Counted from the whole stretch's first letter, positions 1 to 12,039 are shown. The stretch: DNA of 63,556 nt, filler included, from Sphacelaria rigidula (GCA_964200075.2; 6 parts of 6 records of this genome joined end to end with filler, not necessarily neighbours in it); one strand, 5' to 3'. Notes: generated by a model not told the origin, from the letters alone. Translations and numbers: made by a program.

Positions 1-148
1 TTCTGGGGTGGCCAAGGGAAGGGAGACGTATCGAAGGGGGGGACAGGCTAAGGAGGAGGCTGTCCCGAGAGATGTCGTCCTGATGCCGACGAAACGGAGA
101 TGCTGACGATGATTTCCTCTTGTGAGATGTGGGCGAGAAGTTGGGTCA
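1..148 (-). repeat. Inverted (fold-back) copy of the Gypsy 5' LTR end and PBS
   Basis: The reverse complement of 1-139 matches 161-299, with about 4 mismatches all within the first ~20 nt of the contig. 140-148 continues as the reverse complement of LTR sequence (tgacccaac, seen in the 3' LTR near 7619-7627). Confidence 0.9.
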
Positions 149-160
149 TTTTGACGAAGT

Positions 161-284
161 TTCTCGCCCACATCTCACAAGAGGAAATCATCGTCAGCAT
201 CTCCGTTTCGTCGGCATCAGGACGACATCTCTCGGGACAGCCTCCTCCTTAGCCTGTCCCCCCCTTCGATACGTCTCCCTTACA
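161..284 (+). repeat. 3' part of the Gypsy 5' LTR
   Basis: Aligns without gaps to 7628-7751 (about 16 mismatches in 124 nt by hand count). Ends in CA just before the PBS. Confidence 0.92.
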
Positions 285-285
285 T

Positions 286-298
286 TGGCGACACCAGA
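286..298 (+). promoter_or_regulatory. Primer-binding site TGGCGACACCAGA, probably for tRNA-Ser
   Basis: TGG begins 1 nt after the LTR end. The complement ...GGUGUCG-CCA has a G discriminator and a GAC-type acceptor stem, as in eukaryotic tRNA-Ser (inference). Confidence 0.75.
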
Positions 299-345
299 AC
301 AGAACTCAAGCAAGACACTCAGTAGAAAGGCACACGTCTTTCACC

Positions 346-2104
346 ATGCCGAGAAAGAAATCAGCCCACAAAAAATCTACCAAGACAATTACACAGGGAA
401 GGGTCACCGCGAGGACCTTCGAGCATCCCACCACGATCGTCACGCCATCAGCTTAAACCTCGGCGGCGAGTGCGGCGGAGTCCAGAGGCGCAGCCCAACC
501 AGTAGTACCTGCGCCGGCTGACACGACTCTGACGACTCTGAGCAGAGCACAGATATCCATCAGGTGTCCACCGGACGGTTTGAGGCGCTACGCGATCCCA
601 CCACATTATCGTCATCCTCTACGCCAACCCCTACGCCACAACCCACCATCAAGGAAAAGGCAACAGAGCTCGCATATAGGGCGCTGGAGAGGAGCGACGA
701 GGAGGGTACGGAGCCAGCTCCGTGGGTTATGCAAGCATTGGGGTTTTCGGTACCACAAGACAAAGGAGTTTCACAGGTATCGAAAGCTAGCAACCCAGTA
801 GCATCGGAAATAGAACACACAAGGAACACTACGATGCTACTGAACAATACGAGTAAACCCCGGGATAGTGTCAGTGATCCAGTCGATAATTTCGAGGTCG
901 AACTGCCTAACACTACGCCGATCCAATCCACAGAGAGCTCTGCGACTTTCACGTTAGATCCGCCAACAAGCCTCACTCACGTACAAGGGAACAGCCACAA
1001 CGTAGAGACTCTGTCAAGTTCAGTGCTGACTCCGCCATTTACAAGCCACAGTAGCACCATGAGAACTCAAAAATGTTTGATGAAACAATCGGATCTCCCA
1101 TCAACGTTAATCCTAGAAGGAAAACGGAGTGAGGACGTGCCAGCAATTCTCGGCGCGTTTCTCAATCGAGTTAGGATTCATGCCCGTGATGATTGCACAG
1201 AATCCACGGTACAACGGCACGCCATAAAACACTAACCACTTATCCTCAGAGGGTCAGCAGAAAAGTTATACACCCCCTCGGAAGCGGAAAAGTAGAGTGG
1301 CGTCCACTAGCTTTACTACAAGACCTCAAATCGAATGGAAAATATATTGCACCCATCGCCCCGAAAACCTGGGCAGAATGTGTAGAGGCCTACACGCATC
1401 GCTGCTCTCCCCCAAAGCAACGTTCACTGTTAGCCCGTGCGATAGCCGTTCTCAAACAAAAAGAAGGTCAGAACGTAGACGACTATGCACTGGCGTGTAC
1501 GACTTCGATGAGCAGATTCGTGACCGAGGCCTTGCGGGTGAAAAACCCCGGTCACGACACGCTTCGTTTCATAATAGACGTGATCACAACAGCAGCATTC
1601 GAGACCGGGCTCAAACCCCGTATCAGAGTTGAAATGGTGAGAGAAGATAGTACGCTCGACTTCCAAACTGCGACAGCGCGAGCGAAAAAACACGAACAAA
1701 ACAAGCTCCGCACATGGCCAAACCAAACCGGAGGCACTCCCCATGTCTCGGCCGCAACCGTAAATTCCCCACGTTCACAGCTAGCGGAAATGATAGCCGA
1801 TCATGGCGCAATCCTTATGGACCTCCAGTCGCAGTTCAAAGCGATTAAAGGGAAGAGAGGAAGAGCGTAAAACCGGCTGCTAGCAGGGACAGGAGCGCAA
1901 GTAGATCAGGGGGAGAGATGAAAAAAAGTACGCCTCAAGGACAGTAACGATAAGAGTGCATCCAATGACAAGCAATTGAGCGGCAAAACGAAAGAATCGG
2001 GCCGTTGTGAGTACGCACCCTGCAGGTACAAGAACACGCACGAGACAGCGGATTACCGCATTATGCAGAGCCATGTAGAGTTTGCCAAAAAGTACAACTC
2101 GTGA
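346..2104 (+). pseudogene. Gypsy gag, disrupted
   Basis: ATG at 346 just after the PBS; ORF pieces 564-1235 and 1193-1870 (QKEGQNVDDYA...FETGLKPRIR, gag-like). A degenerate zinc knuckle CEYAPCRYKNTHETADY lies in the same frame near 2006-2056. Confidence 0.75.
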
Positions 2105-2401
2105 AGACGCCCAAAAGAGGACCCCTCGTCTGATCAGGGCAGAAACGGTAGATCCTCACGTAAAAAATCGAGGGAAACAGAAGGAGGCGAAATCGTCAAC
2201 GCTCTGGCTCGTAAGATGAGAGAGTTTTATGTTTCTGACAGTACAGCAGACCAACCACGGAGGATGCATAAGAGGTCTCGGGCAGAGGTCAACCGCGTAT
2301 GAGATGAGCAAGAGCAGGAGCATAGCAGCAGAGGGCAGAGTACAAATAGCGAATGCGTAGAACAGACGCAACGTATAGTTTTAGCTCCACAGGCGGCTTT
2401 T

Positions 2402-2900
2402 GTGAGTAACTCATCGCAGAAAAATAAAAAATCGAAACACCAATCTTCATTTTCAAACCCGATCTTGAATGATCACTGTTATGACTCATACAACGGCGCA
2501 TCATCGCTTGCCAGGTATACAGATGCACCTTTAGCGCTATCCTGTGCATCAGCCCGTGTGAGAGTCGCAGCCAGAGTAAACGGCACCCGCGCTGGAAAAA
2601 TCTCAATTGATTCCGCAGCAGATTTGCCCTGTATCAGCAAAAGGTTCATCGATGAACACCCGGCCATAATGGCAGCTGATATAACGCCAGTACCCCCGGG
2701 ATCGATATATCTCAGAAGCGCAGATGGCTCCCCCGAGGAAATTCTAGGGTTCACACGTTTCGAACTCTCTTTGGGGATAAAAACCCTACCAGTATAGAGG
2801 CGTTTGTACTACCTAACCTAGGACCGGATTGCCTGTTACTAGACAATTCCATCATGAGTTCTTTCCAAGCTGTACTCAACTGGCAAGCGGAAGAGCTAAC
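2402..2900 (+). pseudogene. Gypsy aspartic protease, disrupted
   Basis: ISIDSAADLPCIS (D-S-G-A-like active site) and LRSADGS; frameshift near 2790. Confidence 0.85.
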
Positions 2901-3539
2901 ATTCCGTGATTCCAGTATAAAAGTCAAAGCATCGCATCGAAGACAGCAGCGTTCACAAAATACAACACACCTCGTAACGACGCATTGTCCTGTAGTCAGT
3001 GTGAACTGTTCAAACGCTGTTCCAGTTTCGCTCACGAATAAATGCAATATGCCCCCGCAGAGTGATATGGCAGTATTAGTTGAAACGGAAATACCCCGTC
3101 AACAGCAACAGCAGCCGTCGTAGAGTCACGCATAATAACCGAAGAAAACACTCGATCAACCGATGTACCCCAAGCGTTCACGCGCATCATCGTTGCAAGG
3201 ACGGTGTGCACATGGTCGGCAACAAATAGAACGGCAATGGTACAAATCGTCAACCCGTCGACCCGACATGTGAACCTGAAACGTAATACGATTTTAGGCT
3301 GTATCACCCCAGTACGAGAAATAAAACCAGCCACAGTCAGTGAGTGCAACGGCGGGAAATAAGGTGTGTGAGAGGGAAATTGCGAAAGAGGAATTACGTC
3401 CAACTTTACGCAAAGCTTTCGAAAATACGACCTTTTCCCCGGAACGATGCTCTCAAATACTGGATCTTTGCGCAAAATACCGTTCTGTGTTTTCACTTAC
3501 TCCGCAGGAGTTGGGCTGTTGTACGTAAGATGAAGCAAG

Positions 3540-4415
3540 TTTTCCGCTCAAACCTGGGACTCAGCCGGTAGACCGAGCTCCGTATAGAGCAAACCCCAGA
3601 GTGCACGACGCAATCGACAAGTGCGTCGACCAGATGGAAAAATATGGTATAATTGAACAACGCCCACGCCCGTGGGGATCAGCAGTTATAATAGTCGCAA
3701 AAGCAGACGGAACAGCACGATTTTGCGGAGATTATCGGGCAACGATAAATAAAAACTTGTTTCGCAAATCATGGCCCATGTCAGCTATCGAAAGTCACAT
3801 GGACACAGTAGCGGGGGCAAAATTCATAACAGTTTGCGATGTACAAAGTGCATTCCACCAGATACCAGTGGCGGCGAGCGAAAAAGGGAAAACAGCGTTC
3901 GTAACTGAAAGAGAGAAATGGGTGTTCAACCGTTCACCGTTTGGTTTAGCGTGTTCAACCTTTATCTTTTCACGCATAATGGCACTAGCATTTGCACACT
4001 TTGGACCCAAGAGTGGTTTACTGGTGTATATGGATGACATAATTTGTTGTTCATCAAGCTGGGAGAGTCATCTCACCCTACTAGAAAGCACGTTCAAAGC
4101 ACTGCAAACAGCAGGCCTCACACTAAAGCCGACAAAAATCCGATTTGGTCCAGAGCAGGTCAAATACTTGGGCCATGTACTGTCCGCAGATTACATCAGA
4201 GTGATGAAAGAATAAAAGCTATCCTCGACTTGCCAAAACCCACCAACATTAAAGAGTTGCGATCAGTACTCGTTACAATAAATTTCGTACGGAATTTCAT
4301 ACCAGACTTGGCTACAACCACAGCACTACTGGTAGATCTCACAAAAAAAGAGGCGGCAAAACAGGTGTCGAAACTCTGGAAAACTGAACATGAGGAAGCC
4401 TCCGAAAAAATTTAA
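3540..4415 (+). pseudogene. Gypsy reverse transcriptase, frameshifted
   Basis: PWGSAVIIVAKADGTARFCGDYR, CDVQSAFHQI, PFGL, VYMDDII, VKYLGH, PTNIKELRS. Confidence 0.96.
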
Positions 4416-4429
4416 AAATTGATGACCGA

Positions 4430-4810
4430 GGCACCCGCCCTTTATTCTTCAGATTTCACGAAATACTTCACCATCGAGGGGCCGGAGCCTATGTTTCCCA
4501 AAAGAAGGGCGAAGACGATTCAATCGTAGCATACTTTAGTCAACGCTTCAACGATGCCCAAGCCCGCTATTCGCCCACCATGAAAGAATGTTACGCGGTC
4601 GTACTAGCGATTCAACATTTTAGACCATTTTTGTGGGGACGTCACTTTACGTGTGTAACAGACCATGCCGCTCTTCGATATTTATATGCAATGCAAGATA
4701 CAAGTAATATGTTGACCCGGTGGGCGATCGCATTGCAGTCGTATGATTTTACGTTAAAACATAAGCCGGGGAAACTTCATGTTATACCGGACACCCTCTC
4801 ACGGCTGTTT
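4430..4810 (+). pseudogene. Gypsy RNase H, disrupted
   Basis: KECYAVVLAIQHFRPFLWGRHFTCVTDHAAL...RWAIALQSYDF...HKPGKLHVIPDTLSR. Confidence 0.95.
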
Positions 4811-5132
4811 GCGTTTGAAAAGCGACAGGAAGCGGAAATCAAGCCGTTGCTTGCGCCGATATGCCGTAACGTCCCAGAAGACCCTGAGTTACAAATAGCT
4901 GAGCCACAATATCAGTTCCAGATTTCAGCTGAGAAGCTTGACAATCTGAAACCGGTGCAAAGTGATCGAGAGTTGTTCACCGTGAAATCAGTACACGTAA
5001 GCGCAGCAAACGTCTTCACGCCAATCGAACGCAAAAAATTGCGAGTAAGAGCAAGCACTAGAGTACGGACCCTACATCCAATATGTCACGGAAAAAGATG
5101 CTCCGGTACCAGGAAAAGAATCGCTCACATCG

Positions 5133-6025
5133 ATGTCACATTATTCAGTACATGACGGGATTTTATTCAAGTCTTACTTGCCGGAACACTTGAAAAAACG
5201 AAGCACAGTTTGTGAACAACTTGTGCTACCGAAGACCCTAGTAGGCTTGGTGCTACATTCGTACCACGACCATGCACTATCCGGGGGCCACTTAGGATTC
5301 AAGCGAACATACGACAAGATCGGACCGAAATATTATTGGCCATCAATCAACGGCGATGTAAGGATTGGTGCTTGAAATGTCAAAGTTGCCAACGCCGAAA
5401 GACGCCCCGCCGGCAAAAATTGCCAATGGGACATGCTCCTGTAGAAAGGCCATATGAACGAGTGTCGGTTGACCTGGTTGAATACAAAACGGCTTCAATG
5501 TCCAACGCCGGAGTAATATGCACATACGTACTGTCAGTAATGGACCACCTCACAAGGTATGCTTTGCTCATTCCAGTCCCGAATAAACAAGCCACGGCGA
5601 TAGCCAAAACCCTTATCGACAGAGTTTTCACGACATTTGGCATCCCAATGAAGCTTCACAGCGACCAGGGCGCCGAGTTCGAGAACAAATTAATATACGC
5701 ACTGCAACAGGAGTTGGGTTTCAATAGAACTCGTACGACACCACTACGTCCGCAAGGTAATTCAGTGTCGGAACGCGTCCACTCCACTGTGCACGCGATG
5801 TTAGCTATGCATATGTCAGTCGGAAACAAAAACTGGGCATCCATGCTTCCATTCGTCCAAATGACCTACAACACCTCTTATCATGATACGGTACAAGAAA
5901 CACCGTATTTTTTGTTGTTCGGAAGACAGCCCAGGTTGCCAATTGATATTATTCTCGGCATTCCCGAAGAGAGCCAAGCAGCAACGCCCGAAGAATTTTC
6001 CAAAGAAACGCGACAAAACCTATAG
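5133..6025 (+). pseudogene. Gypsy integrase (HHCC and DDE core), frameshifted
   Basis: HDHALSGGHLG...YYWPSI, CLKCQSCQRRK, VSVDLV, MDHLTRY, HSDQGAEFEN, PQGNSVSERVH, TPYFLLFGR. Confidence 0.96.
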
Positions 6026-6106
6026 TTTGGATTTGAAATTGCGAGACAAGCCTTACGAGCAAGAGCAAACGATCAAGAAAACAAGAACAAATGCAAATCT
6101 TTCCCA

Positions 6107-6585
6107 GTGTTCAAACCAGGGCAAAAAGTACGTTTGTATCTACCGGATCAAGATTCAGAAGGGCCGAATCCCAAACTCCAGCTATCATGGAGGGGTCCAT
6201 TCACGATAACCGAGAGACGATCGCCGGTTGTATACAGAATCAAAATAGGTGACGGCTCTAAGGAAACGTCAGTACATTTCGCTCATTTGAAGAAATATCA
6301 CCCGCGAGAAACCGCGCTAGCATCAGACTTTGACAAGTTGAACGAGTTGTTCTTAGGTAGACAGATACCCCTACGAGAGGTAGATCAACCAAACGGAGCA
6401 TTGCCCACAATAGAATGCTACACCGTCGAAAAGGTGGTAGGTCACGCGCCAGGCCCAGGTCGGAAGAGTAGTCATGACTATAAATATCGGTGGAGACTCA
6501 AAGGTTATGGCCCAGCGGCTGACCTGACCTAACGCGCGGATGAAATACCGCAATATAAACATCTCATTGATAAGTACCGTCATGG
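6107..6585 (+). pseudogene. Integrase C-terminus: GPY/F module and chromodomain
   Basis: KLQLSWRGPFTI...VYRIK...VHFAHLKKY, then YTVEKVVGH...YKYRWRLKGYGPAADLT*RADEIP. Confidence 0.8.
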
Positions 6586-7372
6586 CAATGGGCTAGCTGA
6601 ATGCTCACATCCGGACTCGAAATCCAAGACTACAGGGAAATGGAAACGGATGTGACTGTTCAACAGACTGTTCGAGCGTTCTAACAAAACACTCCAGGGT
6701 TGAGCAGTAGGCTGAGGTCAAAACTCGGGGATGAATGAGAATAAAAAAACGTTAGAACAATACAGACATGAACAGAAGAAGATCTGACATGTCAGCGGTG
6801 ACGGAGGTGCAACTTCCCAAGGAAGATAACCCCTCAGCAACGGGGGTAGTTGCTGACAAGAAGCAAGGGTCAGTTTGACGATGTTTAGACAAAAAGCGCA
6901 ATGCTCACAGACCGAAAACATCGTATCGACCGCTTTGTTACGAACACAAGGACGTAGTTTCACGCAGGTGTCAGAGGAACCGAAGGCGTCCCAGAACCCG
7001 GGCGTGAATAACCCAGGCGCCCGTGGATCGATCAGTGTCCCAGTGCCCAGTCATGTAGACCAGCAGATGCAACCAGCACCCAAGTGCAAGCACATCTGAT
7101 GGAAACATGTCACATATGACAAATACATGACAAAGGAAACCAAAAAATATAAAGGTTTGCAATACATGCACTATTACAGACCACAGGGTAGCTAAAATTT
7201 ACTGGGGGTGTTTGCTCAATACCACAGTATAGAGAAGGGCTACCTTTGCGAGTAGTGGTGGTGTGACTCAATATATGATAGTCACTCAAAACAAATTCCA
7301 CGATTATATCATCAGCGAAGCTGATGATCGCCTCGTCCCACCAGCCATAGCCTCGATGGGCTTGAGGCGCAT

Positions 7373-7385
7373 AAAGGGGGGGGGA
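7373..7385 (+). promoter_or_regulatory. Polypurine tract of the Gypsy element
   Basis: AAAGGGGGGGGGA about 365 nt upstream of the 3' LTR end. Confidence 0.85.
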
Positions 7386-7387
7386 TA

Positions 7388-7751
7388 CGTGGAGAACACC
7401 TCTTTGCAGTGACACATCAGAGACTAATGCCACACGTGCATGAAGAGCCAGCGCAAGCAGGTACAATGTAGGAACGGTCCGAATAGACCAGATTCCCGAG
7501 GACCCTGTAATGCCAACGAAACTAGACAACTCGGGGTGATGCCAGGAAGAGCCTAAATGTTCAGGACGGTCCAACATTCCCCGAGGAACTGGTCGCCCCC
7601 CAGCTACCACTCTCTGTCTGACCCAACTTCTTGGCCACATCTCACAAGAGGAAATCATCGTCAGCTTCGGAGTTCCTTCGGCATCAAGGCGATATCTCTC
7701 GGCACAGCCTCCTCCTTGGTCTGCCCCCCCCTTCGATGCGTCTCCCTTACA
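7388..7751 (+). repeat. Gypsy 3' LTR (~364 bp)
   Basis: Starts after the PPT (CGTGGAG, presumably mutated from TG; exact start uncertain) and ends TTACA. The last 124 nt match the 5' LTR remnant. Confidence 0.85.
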
Positions 7752-8056
7752 TAAACCGTGATTTGTCGATTCGTCCTAACCGTGGTAGATTGCTCTCCTG
7801 TACTGTCGGTTACCGAGGGCAGCTCGGGTTTTGATCCCGGAGTAGGTATACGTGCAGTAGTCGCAATGCTGACGCAAAACCTTTTTCTGTTGCGAACAGT
7901 TTCATCTCTTGTGCGAGCTACTTGCCTCTCCATCATCAACAACGCACATTTGTACATTCTGTCGATCAAGCAAACCGAGAGCTTTGCTGAAAACCTCGCT
8001 GTGTTGAACAGGTCCTTGGTCCATGGGGACGAACGAATCTCGGTTGCGGTCTCCAC

Positions 8057-8106
8057 GATATGCGGTCTCCGCCATATGCGGTGTCCGCAATATGCGGTCT
8101 CCGCAA
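8057..8106 (+). repeat. 16-bp tandem repeat x3 (ATATGCGGTCTCCGCM)
   Basis: Three near-identical adjacent units visible directly. Confidence 0.85.
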
Positions 8107-8529
8107 AGGAGTCAGGGCGGGTGAAGTTTTCTAAAAATCTTTTTTGGTCTCGATTTGACATGGAGGATAACAGTACTTTCTGCGTTGCAGCTCACGTTCA
8201 GTCCACATGACGACATAGTTTCACCTGGAATTACGCATGGGTATGTGTAGCGAGCAACGTGATCAATCCTAGCGGTAGGGATAGGGACAGCTACACTCAC
8301 AGAACAGGCAGCCCGGGAGAAGGAAATCATGTTTCTCACGACGGTAATTTGCGCGCCCTTCTGGTCCTTTTTTAGGCTTTCCATGTAGGGGTGTCGTCAT
8401 ACAATGTGTGTCGAGAGTGTCGGCTGATATCTGAGATGTATCGTGGGTGAAAACCCAACTCCCGCAATGTTAGCGAGTACATTTTTTGTTTTTGTTTTTG
8501 CAGACCTTTTGTGAGCGCTTTTATCTCAT

Positions 8530-8645
8530 GTCAGGAATAGTAGTGACGGTGTTGGAAAAGGCGAGCTTGCGTCTTTCTGTGACCGCGGGTTCGAGAGATC
8601 AGGCTAATCTGCGGAAACAAAGATAACAATAATAGTGATGAATAA
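8530..8645 (+). mobile_element. 3' end of a non-LTR retroelement with a decayed (AAT)n tail
   Basis: Homologous to 31590-31731 (ggaatag..gacggt.ttggaaa.ggc.agc.t.cgtct..gtgacc.cg.gttcg.ga.atc.g.ctaat.tgcg). Confidence 0.7.
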
Positions 8646-9534
8646 AGTGCTGGTGTTTGAGTTCAATGCGTATCATGCACTCTACCACTGATGACCAAGG
8701 TAAGCTGTGTGTGTGAGACGATTTTGTTTTGCTTGGTGTAAGCTGTCCAATAATGACGCTTCCCCCTTGCATCATGTTCCACTTATCTGTTGTTCCACTA
8801 TATCCATATATACCCCACACCTTCTTGTCGGCATGTAGTAAAATACGTAAACGTGCGGTTGTATCGTATGTTGTCTTAGTTATCGAAATTCCTTCCTAAA
8901 CTGGACATGGCGGAGGTGGCAGGAATCCCCATCATCTTCCCCTGTCTTCTCTTCCCCCTACTAGCCGCTGCCTTCCACGTACCCCTCCCCCGAGGTGGTG
9001 CGTTGTGATGTGGTGCCCTTCTTGTTATGCCTAGTATATTCGTACGCATGGCTATCCCTCTAGAGGTTCAAGGATAAAATCCTTCGATTCTCATCGCTAT
9101 GACTGTTGACGTTGTTTCCTGAGTTTGGCTTCATCTATGTTTGGCCTCGCGTGTCGAGTGCACCCTTGGGTCCTGCCTCCAGTAGCCCGAATGGTCGCCT
9201 AGGGCACCGGAATTCATGAGGTCAACAGTTTTTTTTTCTTCTTTTTCTCTGTTTATTTTCTTTGTACCGCGTCTGTGTGATTTGTTTTTGGTCCGATTAA
9301 AAAAAATTATTTACATCCTATTCTGGGTAGCTAGCCCGTGAGCTCGGAAGGCGTCCGCATCGGATGCCCAGTACAGAGTACTGCGCAGATGTCGGAACGG
9401 TTTTTAATGCGAAGACAACAACAACACACAACACACAACACACAACACACAACAACAGACGAATGTCCTCCACCTCACCATCCCTCTTGCATCCGCTGCC
9501 CATCGGATATCGCTCACCGCCAATGAACCAACAG

Positions 9535-9701
9535 CCGGATTTTACAATTGTCCCGCACTGGCGAAGGATCTTCCGAAGCTTCTTGACGAGGTTCGGTCAA
9601 GCGGAGCAACTTGCTCGCTCGGGCCTCAGTGGGATGCTTCGGAACAGTGGGACGATTTGGATGCAATATATCCCCTCCTGGACGTTTTCATGCCCAACGA
9701 G
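9535..9701 (+). CDS. Internal exon of a PfkB/ribokinase-family carbohydrate kinase
   Basis: CAG acceptor at 9532-9534 and GTACGG donor at 9702. Translates (A)GFYNCPALAKDLPKLLDEVRSSGATCSLGPQWDASEQWDDLDAIYPLLDVFMPNE, matching the PfkB S-x-D-P-x...D-x-x-x-P-N-E segment. Not in the ORF track. Confidence 0.82.
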
Positions 9702-10511
9702 GTACGGTTTGAGGTTCTTCACTTTTTCTCCCCCTCTTATTAGTATTGTTTATACTCTTATTTTTTTAGCTCAAGTGGTGATACAGTAGTGGTGTGGTGA
9801 TTGGTCTCTGTTGATGCGCTCTCTGCTTGTTGCTCCTTCAGCATGTAGTACATCCGTTTTTTCCCCTATTGTTATGCTTGGGCCGCATGCTTCTGTGCTG
9901 GACTCGGAGTAAGGGTGAACCTAGTGCATGAATGGGAAAAGGGATGATGACGCGTTTTTTCCCGGTTTCTGAGGAACATCCTGTTCAGTGAGGGTTTTCG
10001 CTTCTGCTGACAGTACCCGCGATACGCACATCTTTTTTCCCTGTGTCTCTTCCCTGTCTTGAGTGTTTCCCTTTGGCGAGTGTTGCGTTCGCTTTTGTCA
10101 AACATCTTGTGTAGACTCTAGCCACCATTGTTACCTCAGGTAGGGGACATTGGGTATGGGGAGTTGCGGGTCTAATTGCCGGACTCTGACGTGTGATCGC
10201 CATGACGAGAGAGCCCAGTTTTGCTACTCTGGAGGAGAGAGACTACGGTCCTGTTCTCCTGTACTATGCTGGGGGTCAATATATGAATAACTAAAGCTGC
10301 TGAAGTCCATGTGCCCATGATGGGAGGAGTGCACATGGCGATCTGATCTTGAGTGACAAAAGTCTAAAATGAACGTTCATGAAGTCCGCTGACTAGCGGT
10401 AGATCCGCTGAAAAGCAGCTGACACTTCAAGATAGGAAAGTCTGCAGGCCTGATCAGTTTGCAGCAAACAAGACCAGCTCAAGGCGTGTTAACGTCGCGA
10501 GGAGCTGGAGA

Positions 10512-10611
10512 NNNNNNNNNNNNNNNNNNNNNNNNNNNNNNNNNNNNNNNNNNNNTTAATTAATTAANNNNNNNNNNNNNNNNNNNNNNNNNNNNNNNNN
10601 NNNNNNNNNNN
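10512..10611. other. Artificial scaffold-concatenation linker
   Basis: N44-TTAATTAATTAA-N44 (stops in all six frames). Confidence 0.98.
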
Positions 10612-10689
10612 GACTCACTTGAAGTGAATGATCAAAGCCACTCTCAATCGTATGATCCATTCTCAATCTCACGAAAACACTGTTCTCAG

Positions 10690-10830
10690 AAGGAAGGTGG
10701 GGTACTAGGAACAAACAAAAAATAAAAAAGCTCCTGTGTTGACCTTCCTCCTGTGTGACTCCGGCTGATGCGCCCACATATACCGAAAGGTGCACACCGG
10801 CGCCCAGGATAAATAGGACGACAACTCTGA
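10690..10830 (+). repeat. Dispersed repeat; second copy at ~39200-39335 on another scaffold
   Basis: Shared gtact...aaaaa.ctcctgtgttg.ccttcctcctgtgtgac.ccggct.atgcgc.cacat. Confidence 0.75.
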
Positions 10831-12039
10831 GCAGTCCAGGGCCGAAAAAGGTGTGCAAAAAACGATAAAACACGCCAGTCACTTCTTCCCCGCTAGTTCC
10901 CATCTTGCCTCGCCTCGCCTCGATACGAAACGAAACTGTCACATATGAGGTTTACTGATAGGCTCGACAACTACCTGAGCGTCTCGTCGAATACATGCGT
11001 GCATTGAAATGTTTCTTCCCTCCCTCTTCTGTACGGCATTATGATAACCTTGGACCAGGCCCAACACTCGTTTCCCTCATGAAGTTACAGTACAGTACAC
11101 GTATGTGGCACCGATCGAGGCCGACATACCTTCAAAAGAATAAATAGAACACGCTCATTCTCCTAGAAAACGGCGAAACCATCGACACGAACCCACACCA
11201 TTACACACTCCGCAAAAAATATCTAGGAAGCCACGGAAAAACAGCTTATGAGGAAACCACTATTATAGAACAGACGTATGAAGAGCACTTATAATACCGA
11301 CCAGCCAAGGACGGAACATGAAGAAAAAAGGGAGTATCGTGCTGACAGTAGAATGTAACATGTGTCACAGACACGCCTGCGGTCTTAGCACGAACAATCG
11401 ACGACCGTATTTTTGCAACACCGAGGGAAGATAGAACAGTGGGGGGAACTGTGAAAATCACCCGTCTGATGTTTGCTATCCGCAGCAGCACCAGCAGACT
11501 CTTCCTTTTTGTATATTATTTTCGAAATTCTTGTAGCGGAACGCTTCTCCTCAACCGACACATTTTTGTTTTCTTCATCTTTACAAAGCAAAAGCCAGAA
11601 TGAGAAAATAAAAACGGAACACATATGCGACAGTTCTATCAACCACTTCGGCCAAAACGAATCGCCTACAGACAACTACAGCAACAACTGGAGAGGGCAA
11701 CGGATGGGGTACAGCGAGTATCACACACGGACCGCTTCCAAGACACCTGCATACCACGTACCGCGACCCAGGCGGCGCAGAGAAGACGGGAAAAATCGAC
11801 GTGCTCAAACGCCTCGAGAATACAAAAGAAAGAACAAACAAAAGTACAACCGACAATAAATTTCAGACACAACAAGTAAGCAAACCTACAAAGTAAACAT
11901 CGATAATAGATCCTACCGCGGTTCATCGAGGTGTCCGCCTCATTGTGAACGACATATTATAACTCCTCATGACGTGCATCATGATTACCACTATCTAAGA
12001 GCGTGGATAGCAAAAAAACGGAAATATCGAAGTATACAA

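Larger units (their letters stand above)
161..7751 (+). mobile_element. Decayed Ty3/Gypsy LTR retrotransposon (gag-PR-RT-RNaseH-IN-chromodomain), 5' LTR truncated by the contig start
   Basis: Domain order PR-RT-RH-IN; matching LTR ends (..tctcccttaca at 274-284 and 7741-7751); PBS and PPT present; many in-frame stops and frameshifts. Confidence 0.97.

Noticed and set aside
7661-8384. Minus-strand ORFs next to the Gypsy 3' LTR
   Set aside because: No recognisable domain; one ORF runs through a 16-bp tandem repeat into the LTR.
10556-10567. TTAATTAATTAA as a biological palindrome or PacI site
   Set aside because: It is identical in all five gaps and centred in Ns, so it is a synthetic six-frame stop linker.
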